A stretch of DNA of 64,000 bases. Origin: a virus. Position 1 is the stretch's first letter, and every line of letters starts with the position of its first letter. The notes beneath the pieces are model-generated. The model did not search any database and was not told the origin of the DNA. It was given only the letters and a program-made list of their open reading frames with translations. The position numbers were made by a program, and so were the translations under genes. Below, piece after piece: positions 1-10,434 of the stretch. The stretch is taken from positions 1 through 64,000 of IMG/VR virus record IMGVR_UViG_3300020183_000033. The stretch is one strand, 5' to 3'.

Positions 1-522
1 ACAGGAGCTACTGGTATTCAAGGTATTCAAGGTGAATTCGGTGCTACTGGATTTACAGGAGCTACTGGTATTCAAGGTATTCAAGGCGAGTTCGGTGCTA
101 CTGGATTTACAGGAGCCACTGGTTTAGATGGTAATAATGGTAGCATCGGATCTACTGGGTTTACAGGTTCTACAGGAATAGGAACTCCAGGTGCTACTGG
201 CCCAGAAGGTTTTACAGGAGCTACTGGTACTGCAAGTTCAGCTGCTTACACATACTATACAGCTAGCTTTACTGCTTCATCTAATGATTATTATTGGTTG
301 GGTGCCACTGGTATTACAGTTACACTCCCTGCTTTACCAGCCAAAAATGATTTCGTTGGGGTTGCTAATGGTTCCACTGGTCCATTAAATAATTGCGTTA
401 TTGGAAGAAATAGTCAAAGAATTATGGGATTAGCTGAGGATTTAATAATCAATCAAACACATTTTGCATTTAAATTAGTTTATCATTTCGGTGCAACTGG
501 TTCGTGGAATTTAGGCGTCTAG
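1..522 (+). CDS. Collagen-like tail fibre/adhesin, C-terminal part (5' truncated by window)
   Basis: Frame 1 is open from base 1: G-X-Y repeats ([18 protein letters not shown]), then a T4-like fibre C-terminal domain (VTLPALP...[15 protein letters not shown]), stop TAG at 520-522. Confidence 0.8.
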   Translation, partial: TGATGIQGIQGEFGATGFTGATGIQGIQGEFGATGFTGATGLDGNNGSIGSTGFTGSTGIGTPGATGPEGFTGATGTASSAAYTYYTASFTASSNDYYWLGATGITVTLPALPAKNDFVGVANGSTGPLNNCVIGRNSQRIMGLAEDLIINQTHFAFKLVYHFGATGSWNLGV

Positions 523-750
523 AATTGGAATAAATAGAAGCATGATATGGCAATAAATTTTCCAATGGAAAATAGTTTATTATGTTGACAGGAGCGGAGC
601 AAGAGTCAATAATAACACTACTCGTGCTGGTGGTATTGTTTCCGTAGGATATGTTCGTTTTATCTACAATCACGAAAAAAACTTATGCTTTAATCATATA
701 CTAAATATCTTTGTATTTGAGCTTGAAAGGTTTATAATAATAATAATAAG

Positions 751-1896
751 ATGCGTTTTCATATTCTTGGGCTCCCCCATACTGTAACTAACTCCGAATA
801 TACAGGCTGTGCTTATACACAAAAGGTATTAAAATTCGGTAAAATGATGAAGGCTCGTGGTCATGAGATTATTCACTACGGTCACGAAGATTCCAATCTG
901 ATCTGCGACGAACACGTCACAGTAACTACAAATAAAGACTTACAAATTGCCTACGGTAATTATGACTGGCGTAAGAACTTCTTTAAGTTCGATATGAACG
1001 ATCACGCTTACCAAACCTTTTATACTAACACAATCCGAGAAATCCAGAAGAGAAAACAGAAAAACGACTTCCTACTTCCGTTCTGGGGTTGGGGGCACAA
1101 ACCAGTCTGTGACGCCCATCAAGACACAATTGTTGTTGAACCAGGTATCGGCTACGCCACAGGTCAGTTTGCTCAGTGGCGCATCTTTGAATCCTACGCT
1201 ATCCGTTCGGCTGTAGGCGGTCACGAGGCTGTTGGGACGTGTAAAGAGAACTGGTATCACGTGGTTATCCCCAACTACTTTGATCCAGCAGAGTTCGAGT
1301 TCTCTCAGGAAAAAGAAGACTACTTCTTGTTTATGGGTAGAATCTATCCAGGAAAGGGCATCGATGTTGTTTGGCAGGTTTGTGAAAAGCTTGGGTTAAA
1401 ATTAAAAATAGCTGGTCAAGGTGACTTAACAGAGTTCGGTTACAGAGAAATTCCAGGTCAAATCGAGAAGATCGGTTATCTTAACTCAACCGATCGTAAG
1501 AAAGTTCTATCAAAGGCTAAAGGTTTCTGGCTTCCTTCAATGTTTAATGAGCCATTTGGTGGTGCATCTATTGAAGCTTTATTCGCTGGTTGCCCTATTA
1601 TCACTACCGACTGGGGTTCACACGCAGAGAACAATCTTCACGGTGTTACAGGCTACCGTTGTCGAACGTTTGAGCAGTTCTCGTGGGCCGCAAAGAACAT
1701 CGACAAAATTAACCCGAAGGATTGTCACGACTGGGCGACAAAAAACTTTACGCTCGACCGCGTTGGCGACATGTACGAAGAATACTTTCAGATGGTTTTG
1801 GACGTATATACTGGAAAGGGTTGGTATCAGGAACACCCTGAACGCACTAACCTCGATTGGCTAAAACGCCACTACCCCGAGGGGATTCTAAAATAA
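751..1896 (+). CDS. Glycosyltransferase, GT-B fold (GT4-like)
   Basis: FMGRIYPGKG and PSMFNEPFGGASIEALFAGCPIIT (E-x7-E) motifs. Confidence 0.85.
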   Translation: MRFHILGLPHTVTNSEYTGCAYTQKVLKFGKMMKARGHEIIHYGHEDSNLICDEHVTVTTNKDLQIAYGNYDWRKNFFKFDMNDHAYQTFYTNTIREIQKRKQKNDFLLPFWGWGHKPVCDAHQDTIVVEPGIGYATGQFAQWRIFESYAIRSAVGGHEAVGTCKENWYHVVIPNYFDPAEFEFSQEKEDYFLFMGRIYPGKGIDVVWQVCEKLGLKLKIAGQGDLTEFGYREIPGQIEKIGYLNSTDRKKVLSKAKGFWLPSMFNEPFGGASIEALFAGCPIITTDWGSHAENNLHGVTGYRCRTFEQFSWAAKNIDKINPKDCHDWATKNFTLDRVGDMYEEYFQMVLDVYTGKGWYQEHPERTNLDWLKRHYPEGILK

Positions 1897-1908
1897 GAAT
1901 ACAAACTT

Positions 1909-2481
1909 ATGAATATTATAGAATTCCGTTACGTTAACAATTCTGATAAGTTTGATGATTCTTATCCTCACTGGTCCAGGAAGTATGAATACCCGACTGT
2001 GATATCAGAAATTAAAAGGAGGTTACCAGAGTTAAGTTTTTCTCCTAAGATCCACAATTCTTCATGGGGTTTTGATATTGAACACCACACAAAGTTTAAG
2101 AATAATTTGGAAAGAGAGTTCTTTCCTCATAATGTTACCAATAGTGACATTGTTTTAAGTGGCGCACCTAATACCTGTTACCACGATATTACTCAGCCGC
2201 CGAACGAAAACTTTAAAGAACAATTTGATATCGTTCTTAATATTTCTGCTTTAGAAGAGATAGCAGGAAACCACGACGACTACCTTGATAATCTTTATGC
2301 GCAGGTCAGACCAGGAGGTTATTTGATCTGCACCTTTGACTATCCAGGCTTGAGGTTAAGTAAAGAACGTATGAGTCTGTTGGTTCCTCCGATTAACACA
2401 AACAAAATTGGTATTGACTTTGACTTCTGGTTTGGTAGAGCCGAGTTAAACGTACTTTTATTCATTGCAAAGAAAATATGA
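1909..2481 (+). CDS. SAM-dependent methyltransferase-like protein
   Basis: FDIVLNISALEEI and VRPGGYLICTFD resemble class I MTase motifs. Confidence 0.55.
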   Translation: MNIIEFRYVNNSDKFDDSYPHWSRKYEYPTVISEIKRRLPELSFSPKIHNSSWGFDIEHHTKFKNNLEREFFPHNVTNSDIVLSGAPNTCYHDITQPPNENFKEQFDIVLNISALEEIAGNHDDYLDNLYAQVRPGGYLICTFDYPGLRLSKERMSLLVPPINTNKIGIDFDFWFGRAELNVLLFIAKKI

Positions 2482-3059
2482 ACATCCAGAATTTCTTAAA
2501 AACAAATAATATTAATGGGTTTCATAATAACGGCGGGACTGATAAGAACACTGAACACTCCTACTGCGATATCTATCAGAGTTTCTTTAATAGGTTTATT
2601 CCTGCGGATTTTCCTTCTAACATCTTAGAGATAGGCACATATAAAGGAGGGTGGGCATACACAATGCACCAACTTCTGCCTAACTCTATGATCTACACAA
2701 TAGACATCGAAGATAACTTTGATAAAATGCACGCTTCTAAAATGGCGGAACGGTTTGTTCCTAAACTCGCTGACGCTTATAATAAAGAAGTTGTATCTTC
2801 CTTTGGTGATATTAAATTTGATCTTATTATCGAAGACGGTCCTCATACCTTTGAAACACAGAAGTGGGCTATAAAGAACTACGTGGATCTTCTTAAAGAA
2901 GAAGGATTGATGTTGATCGAAGACGTCAGAAAAGAAGAAGTTAATGAACTGTTAGAAGCAGTTCGCGCTGGTTACAATACGAGAGAGTTCGACCTTAGAA
3001 ATAACAAAGGGAGGTGGGACGACATTATCATTGCTATCTCGAAAAGAGAACTTGGATGA
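2478..3059 (+). CDS. Class I SAM-dependent methyltransferase (sugar O-methyltransferase-like)
   Basis: ILEIGTYKGG, IDI, FDLIIEDGPH, LLKEEGLMLIED. Confidence 0.8.
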   Translation: MNIQNFLKTNNINGFHNNGGTDKNTEHSYCDIYQSFFNRFIPADFPSNILEIGTYKGGWAYTMHQLLPNSMIYTIDIEDNFDKMHASKMAERFVPKLADAYNKEVVSSFGDIKFDLIIEDGPHTFETQKWAIKNYVDLLKEEGLMLIEDVRKEEVNELLEAVRAGYNTREFDLRNNKGRWDDIIIAISKRELG

Positions 3060-3661
3060 AACTCGCTTACTGTTTAAACGTTTACGAAAACGAAAAAAGT
3101 TTAAGAAAAAACATTCAGATCATAAATGATAGTTTTAATAATCCACCGATATTTGTTGCTTCTAATGGAATAATAGTAAAAGACCTTCCTCCAAACGTTC
3201 AGTTTAAGCATTGGGGAGCTAATCAAGGTTGGCAGTTGGGTGCTTTAAATTCTACTTTGCAGGCTCTTAAAATGGCAGCAGAGAGTTTAGTGGACCCAGA
3301 GAATTATAATTTGATTTTTTGTCACGATGATGTATATCCTTGTGGTTTGTATAAGATAAATCATCTGCTCTCTTTATTATCTCAATACGACTTAATTGTT
3401 AGAAAACATACAGGTAGGTGGACTAATAATGATCCTCTTTGCCCTTATTATATGCTAGAAGATTTTATGCTTTCTGGCAGAGTTCTAAATAAGTTCAGAG
3501 ATATTCCTGTTGTTCGTTGGTTAAATTATTCCGCCGAAGAAACGTTTGGTGGTATCTTATATGAGATGAAATTACATACAATGGAGATTTGTTTCTCAAC
3601 AGGTTCTATTGCTCTCGCTGAAAATGAAATGGGGTTTTATCATGAAAATTATAAGTCCTGA
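3056..3661 (+). CDS. Putative glycosyltransferase (GT-A-like)
   Basis: ATG 3056 overlaps upstream stop; N-terminal beta strand, HDDVY DxD-like motif; cluster context. Confidence 0.5.
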   Translation: MKLAYCLNVYENEKSLRKNIQIINDSFNNPPIFVASNGIIVKDLPPNVQFKHWGANQGWQLGALNSTLQALKMAAESLVDPENYNLIFCHDDVYPCGLYKINHLLSLLSQYDLIVRKHTGRWTNNDPLCPYYMLEDFMLSGRVLNKFRDIPVVRWLNYSAEETFGGILYEMKLHTMEICFSTGSIALAENEMGFYHENYKS

Positions 3662-4184
3662 TCCTAATTACACAGGCTGGGAAATAGCACCCGAGTGTTT
3701 AGTTAAGATACAAGAGATAATCAAAGAAAAACAATTCAAGAAACTTGATATAGTAGAATTTGGTTCTGGTAAGTCGACCGAGACAATTTCTAGATTTAAA
3801 CAAGAAAATAATATTCCAGGTGTAATTGATTCCTTTGATGCTGATCTAACTTATGCACATCCATTAGCAAAGATTAGACAGATTAAATCCTACGACGGAA
3901 GACCAATTCAATTTGGAAACGATTATTCTTTCTACGACCTTGAAGAAGGTGATTTAACTTCTTTGGAATACAATCTTGTTGTATTAGACGGTCATCACGG
4001 CCACGGTAGAAGTGTTGCTTGGTCGTACTTAAAAGGAAGATTAGCGAACGGATGTATTGTTCTGATAGATGACTTCGATCATTATCCTTTTGAACAAGAT
4101 TTCTTAAAAGTTTTTCCAGGATCAATTTTATTAGATAAACATCACGAGTACGATAAGAGGTGGTTAATTTATGAAGTTGTTTAA
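3642..4184 (+). CDS. SAM-dependent methyltransferase-like protein
   Basis: IVEFGSGKST, LVVLDG, LANGCIVLIDD. Confidence 0.7.
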   Translation: MKIISPDPNYTGWEIAPECLVKIQEIIKEKQFKKLDIVEFGSGKSTETISRFKQENNIPGVIDSFDADLTYAHPLAKIRQIKSYDGRPIQFGNDYSFYDLEEGDLTSLEYNLVVLDGHHGHGRSVAWSYLKGRLANGCIVLIDDFDHYPFEQDFLKVFPGSILLDKHHEYDKRWLIYEVV

Positions 4185-4878
4185 TGAAGAGATTATAAAA
4201 TTCTATGAGATGTTAAAGAGCGATAAGAAGTTTTCTATCGCTCGTTATGGCGACGGCGAGATGATCGCGATGCGAGGAGAAACAATCTCTTCTGGTTACG
4301 GTGAATGGAATACCAACGGAGAAGATCCGCGTTATTCGATTGCCAGAGAATATCTAGAAACCTCTTTTAAGTTTAAAGATCCAGGGTATTATGTTGGTAT
4401 TGTCTGCCCTTGTTGCCAAGGAATGGATAACTTTAACAAGATGAAACAAGAGTCAGGACAAGAAGACTCTCAGTTGACTTATGCTAATATTTTTGTAAAC
4501 TCGAACTACGAATTCTTTGTCCAGAACTTTATTCCTCTGTTTACAAATAAGCAGGTAGTCTTAGTTGCGAACAAAACTTCACAAGTTCAGAACTTACCTT
4601 TTTCTGGTGGGTTCATTCCTGTGGAGTACGACGCATGGGTGAAAAACTTGGATCTAGTTGATATTTTAGAACGATCTAATACAACGGATAAGCTGTATCT
4701 TTTCGCTTGTGGCCCTTTAGGAAAGATCCTCGCACAGCGCCTATGGGCTGTTAATAAGAACAATACTTACTTGGATATTGGTTCCACTCTGCACCCTTGG
4801 TTGCGATCGGATATAAATATAAGGGGTTACTACACAACAGACCCTTTCTGGAAAACTAAAATTTGTAATTGGGGTTGA
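4171..4878 (+). CDS. GT-D fold (DUF1792-like) glycosyltransferase
   Basis: SIARYGDGE and LFACGPLGK...YLDIGS motifs typical of GT-D. Confidence 0.7.
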   Translation: MKLFNEEIIKFYEMLKSDKKFSIARYGDGEMIAMRGETISSGYGEWNTNGEDPRYSIAREYLETSFKFKDPGYYVGIVCPCCQGMDNFNKMKQESGQEDSQLTYANIFVNSNYEFFVQNFIPLFTNKQVVLVANKTSQVQNLPFSGGFIPVEYDAWVKNLDLVDILERSNTTDKLYLFACGPLGKILAQRLWAVNKNNTYLDIGSTLHPWLRSDINIRGYYTTDPFWKTKICNWG

Positions 4879-4880
4879 TA

Positions 4881-5624
4881 ATGAACGACATCACAGTAGT
4901 ATTGAATGGATACCGAAGGCCGCAGAATCTACAGAAACAAGTAGATGCTGTCTTAAACCAAACCGTAAAACCAACTGATATTTTTTACTGGCAGAACTCG
5001 ATGCCTGGAGTTGAATACGACATTCAAACAGCAAACTCCAACTGTGTCTCTGCCTTTTCCTCAGTAAACTTTGGCGTTTGGGCGAGATTTGCCTTTGCCT
5101 TAAACGCAAGAACAAACTGGGTTTGTGTTTTTGATGACGATACAATCCCAGGAACTAAGTGGTTCGAGAACTGCCTAGAAACTTACAAAACCAACCCAGG
5201 TTTACTCGGAACGATCGGTGTGATCTTTAACCACGCTGACTATGGTGCAGAACGCAGAGTAGGATGGGATAATCCAAACGAAACAGTAGAAAAGGTTGAC
5301 ATCGTTGGTCACAGCTGGTTCTTCCACCGCGATATGTTGTCGGTTCTTTGGAGAGAACTTCCTCCTATTGATCATGCCTATCACGTTGGAGAAGACATTC
5401 ACTTCTCTCACATGATCCAGAAGTATACACCCTATGCTACTTGGGTCCCGCCTCATCCTGTTTCTGATAAGGAAATGTGGGGATCTCTAGAAGGTTGGAG
5501 ATTAGGTGGTGATGCTGTAGCAACTGCAGGTAACGGAGGTATTCCAGCAATGGCTAAGTACCTTCGTAGAGCATATGACAATGGCTTTCAATTTGTACTA
5601 GGTGATAAGGTTCAAAAATACTAA
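4881..5624 (+). CDS. Glycosyltransferase, GT-A fold (GT2-like)
   Basis: ITVVLNGYRRP, VFDDD, GEDIHFS. Confidence 0.8.
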   Translation: MNDITVVLNGYRRPQNLQKQVDAVLNQTVKPTDIFYWQNSMPGVEYDIQTANSNCVSAFSSVNFGVWARFAFALNARTNWVCVFDDDTIPGTKWFENCLETYKTNPGLLGTIGVIFNHADYGAERRVGWDNPNETVEKVDIVGHSWFFHRDMLSVLWRELPPIDHAYHVGEDIHFSHMIQKYTPYATWVPPHPVSDKEMWGSLEGWRLGGDAVATAGNGGIPAMAKYLRRAYDNGFQFVLGDKVQKY

Positions 5625-6526
5625 TGAAAAAAGTTCTATTCTACACCCAAAACCGCTGGGCATACGGCAGCATACATCATGGGCTTTGTAAAGAACTATA
5701 CAAGCACGGTATTCTAGCTAATCTTTTAGACTGGCGTTTAGAAATAACTCCTCAGGAATGGCAACTCTTGAATGAGTCCTATGACTTATTTGTTACTAAT
5801 CCTGAAGCAGTTTTAGCTCTGGCTAACTGCGGAATCCCGTTAAAAAAGATAGCCACTGTTGCGCACGGTCAGTGGGATATGCTCTTGGCTCAAAAAGAAT
5901 CAAATAATCTGGACTTCTATCCTCATCTGTATAAGTTCGGCGTTGTTTCAAACATTCTAAAACAGAAGTCAGAAGAGTTTAATATCTCAGTTAGAACACC
6001 TGATGTAGTGAAGTTTGGTGTTCACTTTGATATGTTTTATCGCAAGCCTTCAGATAGACTACAAAATATTGGCTACGGTGGAGCTAGAACTACTCAGAAT
6101 TTTTTTGGTATAGAAATTAAACGAGCACACCTTGTTTCTTCCGTGATTCAACAAACCCCGCTAAAAACAGTTGATCACAACTTCTATAACTGGTTATGCA
6201 TGCCCGCATACTATGCAAAATTAGACGCGCTAGCTGTTTCTTCTATCGAAGAATCTGCTGGTTTACCTTCTATGGAAGCGGCTGCGGCTGGTCGTTTAGT
6301 TCTTTCTACTCCTGTCGGGTACTTTGAAGAACACGGACCTAAAGGCGGTGGTGTTGTACTTCCGTTACCAGAAGAAGAATACTGTAAATCATTGTACGAG
6401 AATCTAGCTCACTTCTATAATAACCCAGAAGAATATAAAAAGAAGTGTATCCAGATTCAAGACTATGCCAGAGAACATTATGACTGGTCTAAGCATATTG
6501 AAGGTTGGGTCAACTTCTTGTCATGA
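5624..6526 (+). CDS. Glycosyltransferase, GT-B fold (GT4-like)
   Basis: SSIEESAGLPSMEAAAAGRLVLSTPVG and C-terminal YDW motif. Confidence 0.8.
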   Translation: MKKVLFYTQNRWAYGSIHHGLCKELYKHGILANLLDWRLEITPQEWQLLNESYDLFVTNPEAVLALANCGIPLKKIATVAHGQWDMLLAQKESNNLDFYPHLYKFGVVSNILKQKSEEFNISVRTPDVVKFGVHFDMFYRKPSDRLQNIGYGGARTTQNFFGIEIKRAHLVSSVIQQTPLKTVDHNFYNWLCMPAYYAKLDALAVSSIEESAGLPSMEAAAAGRLVLSTPVGYFEEHGPKGGGVVLPLPEEEYCKSLYENLAHFYNNPEEYKKKCIQIQDYAREHYDWSKHIEGWVNFLS

Positions 6527-6679
6527 AACTAGCTTTTGTATTTTTGAAAAAATTACAGAGATTATCAAGATTGTGCCTCTTATTCTGAAGTCACAAATAA
6601 TACAAATATTTCTTTTACAGAAAACTTTTCTTTTACGATAAGAATATTAGTAATATTAGTCGCAGCATAAATATTAAAT

Positions 6680-7057
6680 ATGAGCGACCAGAAATTAACA
6701 CAAGTGTTTGATTTAACTCCAACACAACCGTCAGAGATTGTTCTTACACCTGTCGCTGATAATAACGAAGAAGATATTAAAAAAGCCAGAGAAGTTCATC
6801 ATGATCTTTTAAATAAATCAAAGGACGCTCTGGATAACCTCTTGGATTTCGCTAAAGCATCAGAATCACCGAGGGCATACGAGGTAGTATCTAACCTTAT
6901 AAAGACTACATCGGAAGTGGCGAAGACCTTAGTTGAGTTGAACAATTCGAAGAAAGAAGAGCCTAAGACGCAGAACAACACTCAGAACAATATATTTGTG
7001 GGTTCTACTGCTGAGCTTCAACAGCTGATAAAAAATGGCAAACTTGATAGAGAATAA
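6680..7057 (+). CDS. gp16: Terminase small subunit
   Basis: SESPRAYEV and NNIFVGSTAEL motifs; directly upstream of gp17. Confidence 0.9.
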   Translation: MSDQKLTQVFDLTPTQPSEIVLTPVADNNEEDIKKAREVHHDLLNKSKDALDNLLDFAKASESPRAYEVVSNLIKTTSEVAKTLVELNNSKKEEPKTQNNTQNNIFVGSTAELQQLIKNGKLDRE

Positions 7058-8612
7058 AAAGCCATATTACTTAAATCCTCTAATTAAGAAAACTGATTTA
7101 CCAGAGAACTACACAGAGGATCAAGTAAAAGAATATCTGCGTTGTTCCCAAGACCCTGTATACTTCATTGAAAAATACGTCAAGATCAATTCACTCGACG
7201 AAGGCTTTATTCCTTTTAAGTTACGCGGATATCAGAAAAGTTTGATTGAGGCTTTCCACAGAGAAAGAAGAGTAATCCTTCTATCACCTAGACAGTCAGG
7301 TAAAACAATTACTTCTGCGGCCTATGTGCTATGGTATGTATTTTTCAACCCAGACAAAACCGTAGCTATCTTAGCAAACAAGGCTCCTATTGCCAGAGAA
7401 ATCCTAGCAAGAATTGTTGCTGCTTACGAGACTATCCCGTTTTTCTTACAACCAGGTGCTAAGGTATTAAATAAAGGTTCTATTGAGTTGGGGAACAAAT
7501 CAAGAATTATTGCTTCGGCCACATCCTCAACAGCAATCAGAGGTTATTCAATCAACCTTCTTCTGTTAGACGAATTCGCCTTCGTTGAAAACGCTGAAGA
7601 ATTCTTTAAAAGTACGTTTCCGACTATCTCTTCAGGTAAGGAAACGAAGATTGTTATCTCATCAACTCCGAATGGTTTAAATCTATTTTACAAACTCTTC
7701 ACAGAAGCACAAGCGAAGAAGAACGAGTTCTATCCATTTAATATTGAATGGCATCAAGTTCCAGGTAGAGATGAGAAGTGGAAAAAAGAACAAGAAGAAA
7801 TCTTAGGAGAACACGGATTCAGGCAGGAATACGGTAACGAGTTCTTGGGTTCTTCCAACACACTTATTTCTGCAACAGGACTGAGAGAATTAGTAGCAGC
7901 ACCTGTTATAAAACCAGATCAGAAATCTACGCAAGTTCATCCACCGTCTCACGATAGAGCCTATGCTTGTATGGTAGACGTAGCTGGAGGAAATCTTGGC
8001 GATTATTCGGCAATAACTGTCGTCGATATTACAGACAATAAATACAAAGTAGCGTACACGTGGAAGTGTAATCAAACTAGACCATATGATCTCCCACAAA
8101 AAATTGTAGAGATTTGTAATCGTTACAACAAGGCTTATTTGATTATCGAGAGAAACGCTATGGGTTCAGGTGTAGCGGACCTTTGTTGGAATGATTATGA
8201 ATACGACAACATAGCTTCTACGTCGATTGACGGAAAGAAACAGGTCGTCTCATCAGGATTCTCGAGGTCATCTTTGCTTGGTGTGGAAATGACGAAGACG
8301 GTAAAAAAGATTGGTTGTACAGTTCTAAAAGGATTAATCGAAGAAAAGAAACTCACGGATTTGACTGAAGAGCAGATCTTAGAGCTTTCAAATTTTATTG
8401 CTAAGAACGGGTCGTTTATGGCTTCCAATGGAAACAACGACGATCTTACTATTAATTTGGTTATGTTTGGTTGGTTAACAACCCAGATGTATTTCAAGGA
8501 GTTAATCGGGATACCTGGAGGATTGGTTATAGAACCAGATAGTCCTCCTTCCTTAGTTGGTATAAATGGTCTCGACGAAGCTTCAGAAGACGTGACTTGG
8601 CTGCTTTCTTGA
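7035..8612 (+). CDS. gp17: Terminase large subunit
   Basis: PRQSGKT Walker A, LLLDEFAF Walker B, STPNG, nuclease acidic residues. Confidence 0.95.
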   Translation: MANLIENKKPYYLNPLIKKTDLPENYTEDQVKEYLRCSQDPVYFIEKYVKINSLDEGFIPFKLRGYQKSLIEAFHRERRVILLSPRQSGKTITSAAYVLWYVFFNPDKTVAILANKAPIAREILARIVAAYETIPFFLQPGAKVLNKGSIELGNKSRIIASATSSTAIRGYSINLLLLDEFAFVENAEEFFKSTFPTISSGKETKIVISSTPNGLNLFYKLFTEAQAKKNEFYPFNIEWHQVPGRDEKWKKEQEEILGEHGFRQEYGNEFLGSSNTLISATGLRELVAAPVIKPDQKSTQVHPPSHDRAYACMVDVAGGNLGDYSAITVVDITDNKYKVAYTWKCNQTRPYDLPQKIVEICNRYNKAYLIIERNAMGSGVADLCWNDYEYDNIASTSIDGKKQVVSSGFSRSSLLGVEMTKTVKKIGCTVLKGLIEEKKLTDLTEEQILELSNFIAKNGSFMASNGNNDDLTINLVMFGWLTTQMYFKELIGIPGGLVIEPDSPPSLVGINGLDEASEDVTWLLS

Positions 8613-8624
8613 AAATAGCAATTT

Positions 8625-8632
8625 TATAAATA
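8625..8632 (+). promoter_or_regulatory. T4-type late promoter TATAAATA
   Basis: Exact gp55 consensus upstream of gp18; same motif at 10403, 13863, 15315, 21565, 50800 and (minus strand) 32016-32023. Confidence 0.85.
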
Positions 8633-8677
8633 ATGGTTGTATATTAAATCTTTACTATTCATCTAAGGAGAAAAAAC

Positions 8678-10369
8678 ATGGCATTTCAAGTAAGCCCAGG
8701 AGTAAACATAAGCGAGATCGACCTAACAACGGTCGTCCCTGCCGTTGCAACTTCAGTCGGTGCAATCGCTGGACCATTTCAATGGGGACCAGTAAAAGAA
8801 ATTAAGACAATCGCTAATGAAGTCGAACTGGTTGAAATGTTTGGTAAGCCAAACAACGACACGGCCAATAACTTCTTTTCAGCTGCAAACTTCCTCTCAT
8901 ACAGCGGCAATCTAAAGGTTGTCAGAGTTGTAGGCTCTGGTGCATTAAATGCATCAACAGGTGCAACAGGCTTCCTAGTAGAAAACGAAACAGACTATGA
9001 ACAGAATCATTATTCTGGTATTTCAGGAACAACTTGGATTGCCAGGTGTCCTGGTGCACTCGGAAACTCCTTGAAAGTATCTATTGCTGATGCCGCAACA
9101 TACAGCACCTGGACCTACAAGAATAATTTTCAAACAGCACCTGGGACATCAAATTACGCTGCCAAGACTAACTCCTATGCCAATGACGAAATCCATATTA
9201 TAGTTATTGACGAAGACGGTCAGTTTACTGGAACAGCTGGAACAATTTTAGAAAAATATGCTTTCGTTTCAAAGGCATCAGATGCTAAAACCGAGACAGG
9301 CGAAGGCAACTACTATAAAGATGTAATTAACAAGAAGTCACAGTATATCTGGTGGGGCAATCATACAGCCGCCGTTAGTGCAACTGGTACTGCTTGGGGT
9401 TCAGTAATTCCTGGGGCCACTGGTTTTAAGGGTGCAACTGGTCCTATCGAAGAATCTCTTAATATCGGTGTAGATGCTAATTCACCTACTTCTGGTGATA
9501 TTACAAATGGTTACGATCTGTTCCTATCAGAATCAGTTGACGCAAATTTAATTATTGCTGCAGATAATGGAGCTACAACTGTTAAACACCTTGTTCAGAA
9601 CATCGCTGAAGTTAAGAAAGATTGTGTTGTATTCTTCTCTCCGCTCAAGGCTGATGTAGTAGACAATGTTGGTTCTGAAGCAGCTGATCTCGTAACCTAT
9701 TCACAAAGTACCGTAAATGTCAACTCTTCATACGCTTTCATGGACGGTAACTGGAAGTATCAGTATGACAAGTACAACGACGTTTATCGTTGGATTCCAA
9801 GCAACGGCGATGTAGCTGGTCTCTGTGCTCGCACTGATCAAACAAATGATCCTTGGTTCTCGCCAGCTGGTTATAACCGTGGTGTAATCAAGAACGTTAC
9901 AAGGATTGCTTGGGACGCTACAAAGGCAGAACGCGACACGATCTATCAAGCTGGTGTCAATCCGATTATCTCTCAGCCAGGAGTTGGAACTGTTCTATTT
10001 GGTGATAAAACAGCTCTGGCTAAACCTTCTGCTTTTGACAGAATCAATGTTCGTAGATTGTTCATTGTTCTTGAAAAGGCGATTGCAACTGCTGCTAAGT
10101 TCTCTCTCTTCGAACTAAACGACGAATTTACACGTGCTCAGTTCGTTGGTCTAGTTGAACCTTTTCTACGAGATGTAAAGGGCAGACGCGGTATTATTGA
10201 CTTTAAGGTTGTTTGTGACGAAACAAACAATACTGGGCAGGTCATTGATACCAACTCGTTTGTTGGTGATATCTATATCAAGCCAGCGCGCTCGATCAAT
10301 TTTATCCAGCTAAACTTTATCGCTGTTAGAACAGGCGTTGAATTTAGTGAAATCGTTGGAAAGTTTTAA
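8678..10369 (+). CDS. gp18: Tail sheath protein
   Basis: SPGV..EIDLT start, PWFSPAG, FDRINVRRLF, KPARSINFI. Confidence 0.95.
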   Translation: MAFQVSPGVNISEIDLTTVVPAVATSVGAIAGPFQWGPVKEIKTIANEVELVEMFGKPNNDTANNFFSAANFLSYSGNLKVVRVVGSGALNASTGATGFLVENETDYEQNHYSGISGTTWIARCPGALGNSLKVSIADAATYSTWTYKNNFQTAPGTSNYAAKTNSYANDEIHIIVIDEDGQFTGTAGTILEKYAFVSKASDAKTETGEGNYYKDVINKKSQYIWWGNHTAAVSATGTAWGSVIPGATGFKGATGPIEESLNIGVDANSPTSGDITNGYDLFLSESVDANLIIAADNGATTVKHLVQNIAEVKKDCVVFFSPLKADVVDNVGSEAADLVTYSQSTVNVNSSYAFMDGNWKYQYDKYNDVYRWIPSNGDVAGLCARTDQTNDPWFSPAGYNRGVIKNVTRIAWDATKAERDTIYQAGVNPIISQPGVGTVLFGDKTALAKPSAFDRINVRRLFIVLEKAIATAAKFSLFELNDEFTRAQFVGLVEPFLRDVKGRRGIIDFKVVCDETNNTGQVIDTNSFVGDIYIKPARSINFIQLNFIAVRTGVEFSEIVGKF

Positions 10370-10402
10370 GGTTCGGGGGAGTTTTTACTCCCCCACAACC
10401 TT
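10370..10402 (+). terminator. Hairpin after gp18 (terminator-like)
   Basis: GGGGGAGT-TTTT-ACTCCCCC inverted repeat. Confidence 0.6.
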
Positions 10403-10434
10403 TATAAATATCTAAGAGATAAGAGGAAACAACA

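Noticed and set aside
751-6526. DNA hypermodification (T4 alpha/beta-glucosyltransferase-type) role for the GT cluster
   Set aside because: No hydroxymethylase or related genes nearby and the cluster lies among late structural genes; not excluded, but less supported
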